Assembly (NCBI RefSeq): GCF_964204865.1
Contig: NC_135261.1
Location: 17,732,001-17,796,000, forward strand
Origin: Styela clava
Taxonomy: Eukaryota
DNA: 64,000 nucleotides
Reading direction: 5' to 3'
Shown piece after piece: positions 1-13,000 of the stretch. Within the stretch, counting starts at the first letter, position 1. Each line of letters starts with the position of its first letter. The notes beneath the pieces are model-generated. The model was not told where the DNA came from, ran no database searches, and was given only the letters and a program-made list of their open reading frames with translations. Position numbers and translations under genes: made by a program.

Positions 1-826
1 TGAAAGGGTCAGACAGCTAGAAATGTTCATATTTGATGCAGTGGCACAATGATTTCTGATGGTTTTTAACAGTTTAGTAATTTTGTATTTGATACGAATG
101 GTGGTATCAGTCCATCATATCCTATCTAAGCGCGTCATTCGCCGAGATAGGTATGTTTAGTTAACCGGCAATTTGCACCCTGTGCGCCTGCGGTATCTGA
201 GCTGGTGAAGTTGATAGCCAAAAGATAACCTTTGAGTATATAAATAAAAATGTATGGTATAAACTGCTTGAATCAACAATTATATAACAGGACATTAATT
301 AGACTGAATTTATCTTTCTCAAATTTAGAATCAGATAGCATAAGGAATATTAGAAATATTGTTACATCGCCTTGTGCAATCTCCGAGCACGGAAACAAGG
401 ATAAAAGTGCTAGTCAAACCGCAAGCTCAACGAGACAAATTCAAATACCATTGTTGTCACTAATGTTTAGTGATTCAATCGAAATTATCCCATTTATTTC
501 ATCCCATTTCCCATTTTGCATTCAGAATCGAGAAGAATTTTCTTCCTATAATTTAAATTTTAGAATAGCTAGTATAATTATCTAATCTTGTTTATTTAAC
601 TTTTTTAACATACATCAGAGAATAAATAATTAGGCTAGCAAAGGCCACCTAATTCTTTATGTTAAAATGTATCTGAATAGGTCAGGCATTATGATCAAAA
701 TTAAATTCCGCGTGATTACTTGAAGATCGTATTTTAACTCGTCAAATTACTATTATGCTGCATTTCTCTTCTTCGTCCCATGTTAGACTTTCAAAGTCTC
801 TTCTAGCTATTTTTTGTATATTGGTG

Positions 827-832
827 TTTATT
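827..832 (-). promoter_or_regulatory. Candidate polyadenylation signal of the mosaic gene
   Basis: AATAAA on the minus strand about 110 nt past the stop; weak evidence in AT-rich DNA. Confidence 0.35.
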
Positions 833-939
833 GTCATAAATAACACTATTTATGTATTGTAACATATTGAAGCGCCCTTTAATTAAAACAACTCAAAAAT
901 TGTAGCAGTATATACATATTTATATATCAAAATTCTTCA

Positions 940-3900
940 CTAACAATCAAAAACTAAACCTAAGCCCTGACTAGGTATCATAACGTTAGACATTCCGCCG
1001 TTTCCGGCATAACATTTTCTTAGTGCAGTCATTTTGCTGATAAAAAGATCCCTGCTCGAATGCGTGTAAAGTCCATACTGTTGTCCATTAACATTTTCTG
1101 GGTAGTACATTCGATACGATCCTTCGTTTCTCTGGGTTATGTATACGTTTTGATTCATTTGCTTGATTTTTGGATTGATTCCAGATTGTTTGCAGGAACC
1201 TTTTGGCTCGATATCCACAAATGTTATATCTTTTATTGCATCAAGCAAATTTCCGCTGAAATTACAATCAGTAACTGGAATCACAAAATCTCAGTATGGT
1301 ATAATATGGTCGATAGTGGTCGTGCACTTCGGACTTCCATTTTTAAATAGCTAGTGAGCATTTATTAATATTTTTGCTTGTATTCAAAGATAAATAGATT
1401 TCGAAATAAAATAGGATTTGAAAACGTATGTTACCTGCATTTCACCTCTATGCAAGCAGCAGACATGTTTCTATCTCCCCAACTTATATCTTCTCGGAAT
1501 CCGTACAATTTTCCAACCATATTTAGTCTCTGCCCAACTAAACTTTTTGCCAAAATCCTGGTTCGGTCACCTCTTATGCCAATCTGCAGTTTTATTAAAT
1601 ATTTTAACGAAACCAGACAATGAATATATACTACTGTTCTTATAAATGCATACCACGGATTCATAGTCTTACATTAATCTTTAATTTACCGCTAAAAAGC
1701 TATCTGACGTCAATACGTTACATACATACATAGAATAAGTTTTCTCACAGTGAGCTGTTATTCGCTCGAAAGTTGTCTTTTATTTTAAGAAATGAATTCG
1801 TGAACCCAAAGGATTTCCATGGTACTTGAATGTTGAAATCCCTTTTATTACTATTTAAAATATACTTTATGATTCAATGCCGCACATTGATCAACAACTA
1901 TCTTACTCGATCATCTAAAGGTATTAAAGACTTTCAAAGTATAAGTTGTACTGAGTATAAATATGAAGAAATCAATCACCTTAATGTAGCAAGTTGTGAA
2001 ATCAAAAGGTTTCGACCACCAGTTGAAGGGTGTATTATACCAAGTACCGAGAAGATTAGTCTCTTCTACTGGAGCTGTGTTGAATTCTTTTACGTATCTT
2101 GACTGTCTGAAAACACAAATTCAATTAGAAGAAAGTATATCATTGCCAAATTAGTTTGAAAAATGATGCAACGAAGCATTGTTTTGAATAACAATATTAA
2201 CATTCGAAGTAAAAAGAAAATATTTATGTATTGTCCCCTACTTGAAGATAAAATCATAAATCTATATATATATATTAGTTACATATAAAAGCGGTGATGA
2301 TCTTCTCTGATAGATGCTAGTTGGCATTCCTCTTTCGTTTCGTATATAGGACCTCTCAAATTTTCCTTTGTTGAATCAACATCGAAATTAATAGAATTGT
2401 CTTCGGAATTGACATATACTCTAAAAGTTAGCACAGAAAAAAAGCGTGATTTATAAACAGCATGTCGGCACTACTGTAGTTATCGAGTGCCACCATCAAA
2501 CACAAATATAGTTTACCCTTTGTAAACATTTGTACAAAAAAATGTTACAAAAATCTAATCGGTGTAAAATTTACTCAATAGTTAAATTTCAAATGATTTG
2601 ATTACTGACAGCAAATAATAACTACTTATAAGATCGATGTCATACTTTAGGTGGTACAATAAAATAAATAGTATATTTGCAGAAAAAAATTGTTATTCTG
2701 TCAAGTATGAAATACGCAAAATGAGTTTAACAGAAACACATATCATACCCCTGAATGTTCTTCAGCTCCTCGGGATTTAACGTAGTGTTTCCGTTGATAT
2801 AAACTGAGAATAGGCAACAAAAATGTATGTTATATTGAGAAAAAAACAGCGTATAATAAGTTAAAATTAATTCAATGTGGCTTCTTTTATGAACAAAAAC
2901 ACAAATTAAACAAATTTGGAACGTTAGAAAAATCAACGTTTGCAGAAGGTTCCAATATTTATCACGTGCGCAATTTTTTCTTATAAAGTTGTAATTTTCG
3001 ATGAGTACTAAAAATTTATTTATTCACCTTTAAATTTTGCTGTAAATAGATCTTCATCGCACGGCAAAGGGAGACAAACTCCTTGAGATCGTGTCGTAAT
3101 ATCTTCTACAGATGTATACCAAGTATTATTTGCTTTGTAAATTCCCTTTGCAATCAAATCATCTATTTGTTCAGCAATTCTGAAGTCATTAGTTTTGTAT
3201 CCTCGAACTGAACGAAGAAATATATGTCTGTTGTTTATGAATTCCAATAATTAAACTTGAAAACTCCGTTGAACATGTTATCTTTACCTTTGACATAGCA
3301 TAACTTCCTTGCAGCTCGTGCTATTGCCAGATAATTATGAGATTCTGTGAAGTCATATTCACAGACGAGATCCTTTCCATTTCTGCTTTTCTTCTGATAA
3401 TTAAGATATTTAGCAAATAAGTGAATAAACCAATTCGAAAGCTATCAAACAGCAACTCCGATATATTTTTTAATTCTCTTAATTAAAATCGGTTTTTGTT
3501 TTGAAAAAACAGGATCAAATAAGCCTTTTGACTTGATATTTTATTAAGTAATTTTTTTGCCGACGGATTGTCAGCGTCATACCATGCTGCAATGTAGCTT
3601 CATCCCAAACCTCAAATCTTTGATGTTCTTAATTTTTTTTTTTCAAAAAATTTATTTTGTATTAATTATCATGATAGGGATAAAGTTACAACCTTCAGCT
3701 TTTCTCTCTGATCCCATTGTTGAAAAAAGGAGCTCCATTCCCATAAACTCAAATCTTCATCTCTATCTTTACGATTTGATATATGATTGACTGATGGATA
3801 TATCACCGCCTAAATTCGAGTATTCTTATTAGTAAATAATTCTATTAGAGACCTTTAAATGAGAGTGTGAAATTCCACAAATGAATGAGTTATCTCTATT

Positions 3901-6900
3901 GTTTTGAACTACAGTTCATGACAGAGGATTTTAAAACGTACTTTATAACACAGCTATTTTACACAATCGGTCTATCAATGGTAAAGATACTAACAATGAG
4001 TCTAGCTCTCCTAAAATTTAGTCAAATTCGAAAAGTGCGAGCATACTTTTATGTTTTATTGGACACGAAATGGGCATAAGTATCGTTTTCTTTTTATTAA
4101 TATTATATTGTTTTTGATCAAGTTGTTAGTAATATTCCTGTTGCGACCGTATTAAAAATCGCTTTTCCCATTAACTACTAAACCAATCACTTCCGAATTT
4201 TCAATGGTTAAACATTACATTTTTCGCTAGAAGACTGTTTTATTTATTTCAAAAATTTTTGTCGCCCCGATGAGATTTGTTTTTTATGTGAGATGACGTA
4301 TTCAAATAAAAAAACGGCGCTTATTGGGGCGGTTCCGGCTTCGCGTTAGCGATTTCGCGTTCGGGCGTAGTCGTGAACACTGCGGTATGGTAGCGGTAGG
4401 CTACTATGACAAACTGCATTCCCATAGTACTTCGTGTCCATATATTTGAGCATCGCCCTCTTGTTTGTTTATATATAAAGTAATAAACACTGCGGCAAGT
4501 GAGCAAATTGGTTTTACTTAAACATAATAGAATATTATCCTTGAAATAGCGGCTCACTGTAATTTTACCTTCAAATGCATCAACGCTTCATCTCTCTGTC
4601 CTCTGAACATGCAATACAAAATATCATAGAACAACATCAATTCTCCTCTGCGTGAATAAAACGTTCCTGGTGTTGTTTCAATTTCATATCCCCTCTCGTT
4701 GACATATTTTGCATTATAAGTGACCTATAGAGAAAAACAATTAGTTGAGTCTAAAGGTTACATTTATTTTTAGTTGTTTACAAATTGTTGCTTTGCAATA
4801 AGCAAGTACAAGTAATTGGAATCATTTTGTTTTTTCATATGGGATTTATTAATAATGTTCGCCTAAACCAGTGGTTCCCAACCTTTTTTTATATCGCGGC
4901 ACACTATTGAGCTCTTTAAATATTCGCAGCACACTCATCACAAAACATGAACATTTTCTACTCAAAAGGCCATTTTGCTATAAAATAATATAAAACAAAG
5001 AAGATCTATCTGATAAGCGAATTTCATTCATGTAAATACAACATACCCTGTATTTAGTAACAGTTATATATAGAATAATAATGGCGGATGTCAGTGGGAC
5101 TGTTGTGCCTGGTGCTTCTTTACTACTGCTGCAATTTGTGAACGAATGTGCGAAAGACATACTCTTAATTCTTCTTCCGTGTTTTTAAGTCGTTCTAGTT
5201 TTTATTCCTAATATTGTTTAGGTAAGAAAATCCAAGCTAAAAGATGTAAGAAGTTGAACTAGTAACCTGGGAATCAGAGTATCAGAGACATAGTTAATTT
5301 AATCCATAGAATGTAAATAAACAGTTGCAGAGGAGGTTCACGGCGCCACCCGAGGTGAAAAAGCGTTGCCTAAACCACTTGCCTAAACTGATAAATGTGT
5401 TTATAATATAAAAAAAAATATTATGGTATACTTCACAATATTTTCAATATATTTATTTTTATTTTTTTTATTTCTCTCACCTTACCCTCATATGGTTGAC
5501 CGGACAGTTTGTAGAACGACACGGGATTGACTGACATTGATGCTTTTTCTAAGTTTATTGTCCACTCGTTCATGGAATTATTTTCCGTTAGTTCTTCTGA
5601 TATCATTGGTATTTGAATATCTATGAATATGGATCCGCCATTCTTTTTAAATTTCAATATCTGTTAATATAGTTTTGATAAATATCTAACACATAGAATG
5701 AACGTTTTATTTCAACGGTGATACCGTAGGAGAAAATTAAGCGTTAGCAAACCTTTTTTCAAGGTTGTGAAACACTTTTGATAAACCAGTTTTCAAAGTC
5801 GGTTATTAGATAAAATTTACCTTTTTAATAAATTTACCTTCATTGTTGTTAAGAATAATTTTTGGTTGTCTTCAAATCTAAGTAAGAACTCTTGTAGTCC
5901 GGCTTCAAAATATATCGTAAATGTGCCATCTACATTTGTAGTTGTGAGAAATTCACCATCATGATATATTAAACCGTGTGAAAATGGGACATAGTTTCCT
6001 TTATCACTGATTCCGTAAGCTCTAAAACAAAATACAGCAATGCTTTCATTTTATTAATATATTTTAATGTGTTATTTTCATTCATATCCAGTTTTTCGTC
6101 AAATTGGAGTGCAAAATTGCAAACGTATGCTTGTTCTACGATTTTGCAGCATTATTCTTCCAAATATAAATCAAATTATTTCGAGAAAGTATATCACTAT
6201 ATACGGATTATAAAAAACTCATTTGTAAAAATGTAAATTGCAGTTCTTTCAACTAAACGTTTCTCTCATTCCACGTTTACCTTCCATGGAACGATGTTCT
6301 CGAATTAATGCACTGTTGACATTGACACCGGGCAACCTTCTGAACAGTTATCGTATAGTCGTTGTAGAATGCATCTGTAGTATAGAGGAATGAAGTATGA
6401 ATTTCTGTATAATCATTAGCAATCGTATTTTGTGCGCCGAATCTATGATTTCGTGGAAGTTCAGGTTTCAGGTATCTCGAGAGTTGCAGTCAGGTTCGAG
6501 CCTGAGTTACATTTACCTTTCATCATTAACCAGTCATCAAACTGTTCTGCTACTGCTACTACAATAAAAGCTATTGGCCAAGAAGTGGATCTACACATCG
6601 TTTTTTCCTGTAATTTTTATTGAGAAAAATCTTCTTCCAAAACTAGCAGGCTGATCGATTTCAAATGTTCAGTACTTGTATTGCTATTGGTTATCTGCCG
6701 ATATTTAGAGAAAACTGGTGCTCTCAGGCCTTACCGATGCTCTAACGAGAAACATGTACGCCGTACACTCGATCACTGGCGATTCATTTCCATCCAAGCA
6801 GTCCCATTATGTATTAAATTATATCGAAGTTTTGGCATATTCACCTTTACACTCAAGAATTTCATTATCTTCCAAAGCAATCCCACAGCAGGTATTTTGT

Positions 6901-7021
6901 CTTGAAGAACACTCTGTATACGAACATGTCCCGGCATTATATTGTACAGTGCGGTTGTATTTGTCGAAGCAATACGGAACTTCAATTAAATGAGGTCTTA
7001 ATTCACATTTTCCAGATTTTC
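940..7021 (-). CDS. CILP-like C-terminal region (Cys-rich segment, beta region, C2 'NTPPHase-homologous' part; exons 33-45)
   Basis: Colinear motif matches to vertebrate CILP as recalled: [14 protein letters not shown]~CCGISKTEEREIQC; VARCQCQQC~VAKECSCQRC; [13 protein letters not shown]~SFYRQNGEPYIGK; CYVKVRGY~CFVKVRAY; [14 protein letters not shown]~GPIYAFENLRAC..HFRFY; [14 protein letters not shown]~WWPKPMEFRACYIK; [20 protein letters not shown]~VGKLYGIRD..SAACLEFKCSG; PKGSC~PQGSC; GLGLVFDC~GVALTFNC. Confidence 0.85.
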
Positions 7022-10000
7022 CTTTAATATAATATAAAATAAGATATAGATTAGAATTTTGTTGGGGTTAGATATATTGTGGAAATTACTCAACGTCATA
7101 ATTTCCCTCTGACATATACAATACCTCCATATCATACTTTTAAGTGTCGACGATAGAGTCCAAAATGACAACTCCCATGCTTTCTTATTTGAAAATTTGA
7201 CATTGCAGTTGTTCGTTTAAACTAGTAACTTTTAAAACTTCGGATCTATATTCTAAAATGACCTGGGATTAGTAATTATAGTTCGATCTGCAAAGGCATA
7301 AAAACCTGGGGTTTTTGAATCTAGTGCTGATCAACAAAATTCAACTGAATCAGCTAAAAATTACCTTGACAATAATATGATCCGATTGGGTCTTGGACGC
7401 ACGTTTGGTCCTCATCACAAGGAATATCTGCACATCTTATACCTCCTGCTTCGCAAATACATTGGTTCTCACAGTTTTTCGTCCAAAAAAGTTCAAGATT
7501 CTGAAAAATAAAAAATAAATTGAAGTAATATCATTTTCAATTTTTTCTATATTATACCTAAAATGGTATAAAAAATTTTTTATACTTTATAAATCATCCC
7601 ATTTCTTTCGCATCCACAACCTTCAACTCGACATCCTGAAAAGTAAAATCAGTAAGAATGTTACCAGTAATATTTAATTAAACTAAAATTCAAAATAACT
7701 TTTATAATTTGCAGTTACAAATGAATGTACTTCTAATGTACTCAATTCTCTTGTTTGTGAGTAAAATATAATTTGATTTAGAGTATTTTGGAAATAGTTC
7801 ATCAGTGAAACGTTTGAAAAAGATTTATTCGACAATAACCGAACAGTTTTCACTTTTTTTCAATTTGGATAACATATTCGTTCAAATCTTTAAGCGTAAT
7901 GTTGCCTGAACAATAATTGAATCCATCTCCATTGAATCCTTCTCTGCAAAAACAAATGTAGCTCCCAGGAGTATTGACACAAATAGCATCTGCGTGACAA
8001 GGTTGTGATGCACATTCGTCGATATCTACAATATAATGAATGTACTTCTGTTAATATTTTTTTCATTTTTTCAAAATTGTTGTTTGATTCTTCTTGATAT
8101 TATTTCGCTTTTCCTTTCAACTACTGAGACAATTGCTTTGAAATTTTCAGTGGTTAAATATTGTTGTTGTGGTGGCCTATTTGGGTGTGTGACGTCATCA
8201 AAATTGAAATTTGCGCACCGTGTGGCGGTTCCACGATATCATTCCAGCGATCATTTGGTCAGCAAATTCGTTTTTTTATCGACGAGGAAGACTAGCGGTA
8301 CCGTGAAAGACTTGATACTACTGCGTTTTTGCAATCTTGTCTGCTTATTTAAGCAATGCTCTCATGTTCTAAATCTAAGACATTGATCAGTACTGTCAAA
8401 CTGCAAATTACTAAATCTAAACTATTTTTGTTTCTTCGTTTCTTCATAATCACAGATCACACTGAATTGCCAACTAAGAGTTTTAATCCAATTGAGTGTT
8501 CTGAATAAACAATTACCGTTACACACTGGATTCCTTTTTAACCATTTTCCATTATTCCTGCAAGTGTTGACAAAATCTCCCTCCAATTCATATCCATTTT
8601 TACAACTGAAAAATATGATTTCTCCTGCCTCAGCTGATGTGCCTTCCGCCCAAAATTCAACTTCTCCGTTTTCAATACTTAGTGGAATAGGACAAGGAAC
8701 AGAAACTACAAAATAGTAATTAATTTATTAATATTTTATTTAAGACATGGACAAAACACTTATATTGTAGTTGGGAAAACTGATTTAGTTTTCCAGGCCT
8801 TTTGGAATAGTAAAGTTATTATTTATAAGTCATGTCAGGTACTGATTATTTCATCCTACTGAAAATAAATTTCAAAAAATTAGAATGGGAACTGATTATG
8901 AGCGACAATATATATATAAGTGACATCAGGTCAGCAACAAGAAAACAAATTTGCAAGATGTGTGAAGTGTTAACTGGAAGTGAATTGCGTACATACATGA
9001 ACAATTTTCACGTCCATCTCCTTTGTATCCTAATTTGCAGACGCAATGAAAAGTTCCGGGACTGTTGATGCAATCTGCGTCAGGATGACAGTCATGAACA
9101 GTCCTCAAGCAGTCTCGAATCTTAGTGTAGTTTGTAGTGCCTTCCATATCGCATATTGTTGTACGACATTCGTCAATATCTGAAGATATTTTTGTATTAA
9201 TGGGTATAATACGTTTTTATCGCAATGACAGCTGTGGTCATGATTTGAATGTGTAATATTTTCACCCAAGTTATAACGTCTACAATAGCACAATAAAAAT
9301 CTGCATCAATAAGAAGACTTGGAATGAAGAATGGATAACTAAACTGTGCATGTCTCAAGACAAGATGTTATTAAATAGAATTATTTTTATAAATCAGGCG
9401 TGTGCAGCATTTTTGTCTGAGGGTCTTATAACCAACTTCAGACACCTAGCTTGGCCGCACAAAATATTCAGTTTTTTCATATACACAACGATTTGAAAAA
9501 TGCCCACAATAAGAAGGCAATAGTCTTACGGTAATAAAGGGCAAAACGGCCACACCAAATGGCTTGGCGGGCCGAATTGTGGCCCTCAAGCTGCCTGTTG
9601 CACACCCCTGCTATAAATCATCTTTCAATTATATCAAATATGCCCGAACTTCAGGGCCTGGTACAATGCTTAAAAAGTGATTTTGATTTGGTATACAGAA
9701 TAACCCTTGAGATAATTTTTCTTGAATTCCAAAATAATCAAAATGATTGTTATGGTTTAAAGATGGGTGTGGTTGAGTGGAATTCCATGAGAATATCTTT
9801 ATGAGATCAAACGCATACCACGTTCAGCAAGTGAGATCGCATACAATATTGCCACCTAAATATGCATACCCAAGCATGCCGGAGGCTCGAATGACCATTT
9901 TCCACTTTCTAAGCATTCTGATGTCATTACTCGCATGACTGGTGATCCATATCCAGAACTGCAAATGTATTCAATCGTGTCTCCAATCTTCCAATCGTCC

Positions 10001-13000
10001 TGGTTTCTCGGTATGTGGAACCCCGCATCAATGGAAGGAGGTTCATCGCACAATTTTTCTGAAAATCATTATTCTAATTGCATTCACTCGAATTTTGACA
10101 TGCCCATGTCATTAAGTCAAATATTACAGGTTCTACTGCAGGGGTGGGTTTTGGATAAGGGACCAAAATTTTGCCCACCTAGACTGGCGGCCATGTAAGT
10201 GTGACGTGAAAGGTTACATTTTATGAAGAATATTTACAGTGTTACAAAAGCAAAAATGGAAAACAATAAGCCTCGTGTCAAAGCTAAATTTGGACCTCTA
10301 GAAGTATGCGCACCAAGATGGCGCACAACTTGAAAATGGTATGTGTGTGTACCGGTTAAGATTCAGGTTGTACGACATCTTGGTGCGCATACTTCTGGAG
10401 AACCCTAAATTTAATCACAATCTCAACAAATTCTTTAAGCTATTTTTTAAATAAAACTTCATAATTAGGTTTTACTTTGGTTGTGGCAGCATCAGGCGGG
10501 CCAGATTGAATTGCCCATGTCAGTTCTACTGTCATACCTTCACAATAGGGCTCAGGTCCTGCCCAACTACCATTTTTTAAACAAGTACGGAACGGTATCG
10601 TTGTCAGTTGAAAACCTTTATCACATTGATATTCCACAATATCATCTTCCACAAATCCGTCGCTCATGGAAATCACCAAACCATTTTTTGGAGCATTCGG
10701 TGTTGGACATCTTTCTGCATGCATATATTAAAAGTATTTTATGTCACATAGGTATTAAGTAGTGCTTATTTTCAGTTCATCAGTATGGCGTGTGTGTCGT
10801 CAAATAATGCGTTCATCATTGATATTGAAGTCTGTTACAGAATCAATTTAAAAGAAACCAATTTCTCTCGAATTCAAAAGCTGTCAACGATTAAAGATAC
10901 TAGAAAATTCGAATACGAGATAGCTCGTTCTTAAATTGTTTGACAATGCTATGTTAGACCAATAAGCTAAGATGTGAATTCTGAACACTACTTGTATGTA
11001 ATATTAAATTCTTGAGTTGCATGAGACAAAATCTTTACTCACCTCGACATGTTGGGTCTTCACCATCCCATTGTCCGCTTTCTAAACACGTTCTAATTTT
11101 GTCTCCTTTTAGGTCGACATTATTATAACAACTATATGCAATCGCTTCACCTACCAAATATGCCGGTCTTTCTGGCGTAAATCTGCCATTTCGGATAAAA
11201 TCTGGTTGGGCACAGACAACTGGAAAAACGGAATGGAAACAAATTTGGTTGTTAATAATTTTCGATATTTATACTTGACTCAAAGTAATCGAAAATTCAA
11301 TCTAACTATCGTTTTGTTAAAGAATTTTAAAGGGTGTGTCAAAATCGACGTTTCCCACTTGTGCCACACTTGTCCCAAGTTTTTTTCTAACGTATACCAC
11401 ACTGGGCCCAGTTGTATGAATTCATATGAATACACTGACCTTCTGCCAACGTAATATTTCTATCCTAACCCAGAACATATCTTACCTCAACTCGTTCTCT
11501 ACAATCTAACCTAACTCATCATAGTCGGATAAATAAGTGTGGGACAATTGGGAATAGTATGGCCAAGTGTGATATGGGGTACATCCGAGTGTGTGACACG
11601 ATTTCTTTAAGATACCGAAATAATACCTTTTTCTTTGCATGTCGGTTCTTTATTCGCCCAAGTTCCGTTGCTTTCGCAGACTCTCCAGGGAAATCCATTC
11701 AATTCGTAACCCATTGTGCAAAAGTATAAAATTCTGTCGCCTACTCGATAACTTTCTTTTTCCGGGTAGATTCTTGTGTTTTCCATTACATTCGGTGTCG
11801 GGCATATGACATCTGATTTTAAAAAGAAAAGAAATTTATTCATCACGAGTTGTTTCTTCACCTGAAATTCTTTAACTGAATGTATTTTTAAATATATGAA
11901 TCATTGAAGAAATTACGTGCAGGGAAATACGAAAATATGGTTCAGGTTAGAGGTAACTCAAAATAACACAAATTTACTTAATAATATGAGTTTAAAGTGA
12001 AAAAATCCTAACGCACATCAAAAATAGCGTGAAAGGTTTACTGAAAATTGAATAGGGAGGCGCTCTACACCAAAATTAATTTTATTAACAATATCTATGT
12101 GGATTTTCTAATATTTGAAAAAAAAATCCTATCATCAGTTTAATTTTATTCACAATAACATTTTTAGGAGGCACAACAACAAGTTGGCCGACTACTTTTT
12201 TAATACTTAAAACAAACATATTTGTGATTACCTATGCATTCCGCGCCATCACCAACTAAGCCTTCCTTGCAGGTACAATAATAAGATCCGACGGTATTAG
12301 TACAATCAGCATCTTTATGGCAAGTATTTTCTCCTGTGCATTCATTCACATCTTATACAAACAAAAACAAAAATGGTCCCAAGATAATGTATCACTTCAT
12401 TAAATGCGTGATGTAATTGGTTAAATGCAGCACATTGATAATATATTACATACAATATACTCAATTGGAATTCTCCCCAGCTGTGGTCAAGGATATGATA
12501 TGACAAAATGGAAACATTTTAATTACCGAGTTGTCTATCAACATTTGCTTTGTAAGATAATTATGACTTTGTCTGTGGTAAAGGGGAGTACAACGATAAT
12601 TGAATATGATTTGCATGTCCAATTCTATTATTGTAACAGTTATTTTTTGTTAGAAGCTGTTGGCCACTAATTTTTATTTTAAATATGCTTCCTTTTCTTA
12701 TGAAGTTAAGTTAAATGTAAATATCCCGTTTGGGAGCAAAAATCAAATTAAACGTCTCCTATACAATTCTAAAATACCTTCACAAATGTCATCTTGCATT
12801 AAAAAGCCTGGTAAACAATAACAAGATATATCGTCTAGTCCGTTGCATTTGCATTCAACATTTGTGTCAGAATTGACTATAATATCGCCTGTGTTTGAAA
12901 ATAGAAAAGATATGAAAAAATATCGAATCAAACAGACGTCGCTTTTGCAATTGCCATGAAAATAACAAAAACTATAGTGTTGTAACAATCAATGATGTTC

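Noticed and set aside
10760-10790. CTGATGA..GAAA hammerhead-like core on the minus strand
   Set aside because: Only 3 nt between the core motifs and no supporting stems.
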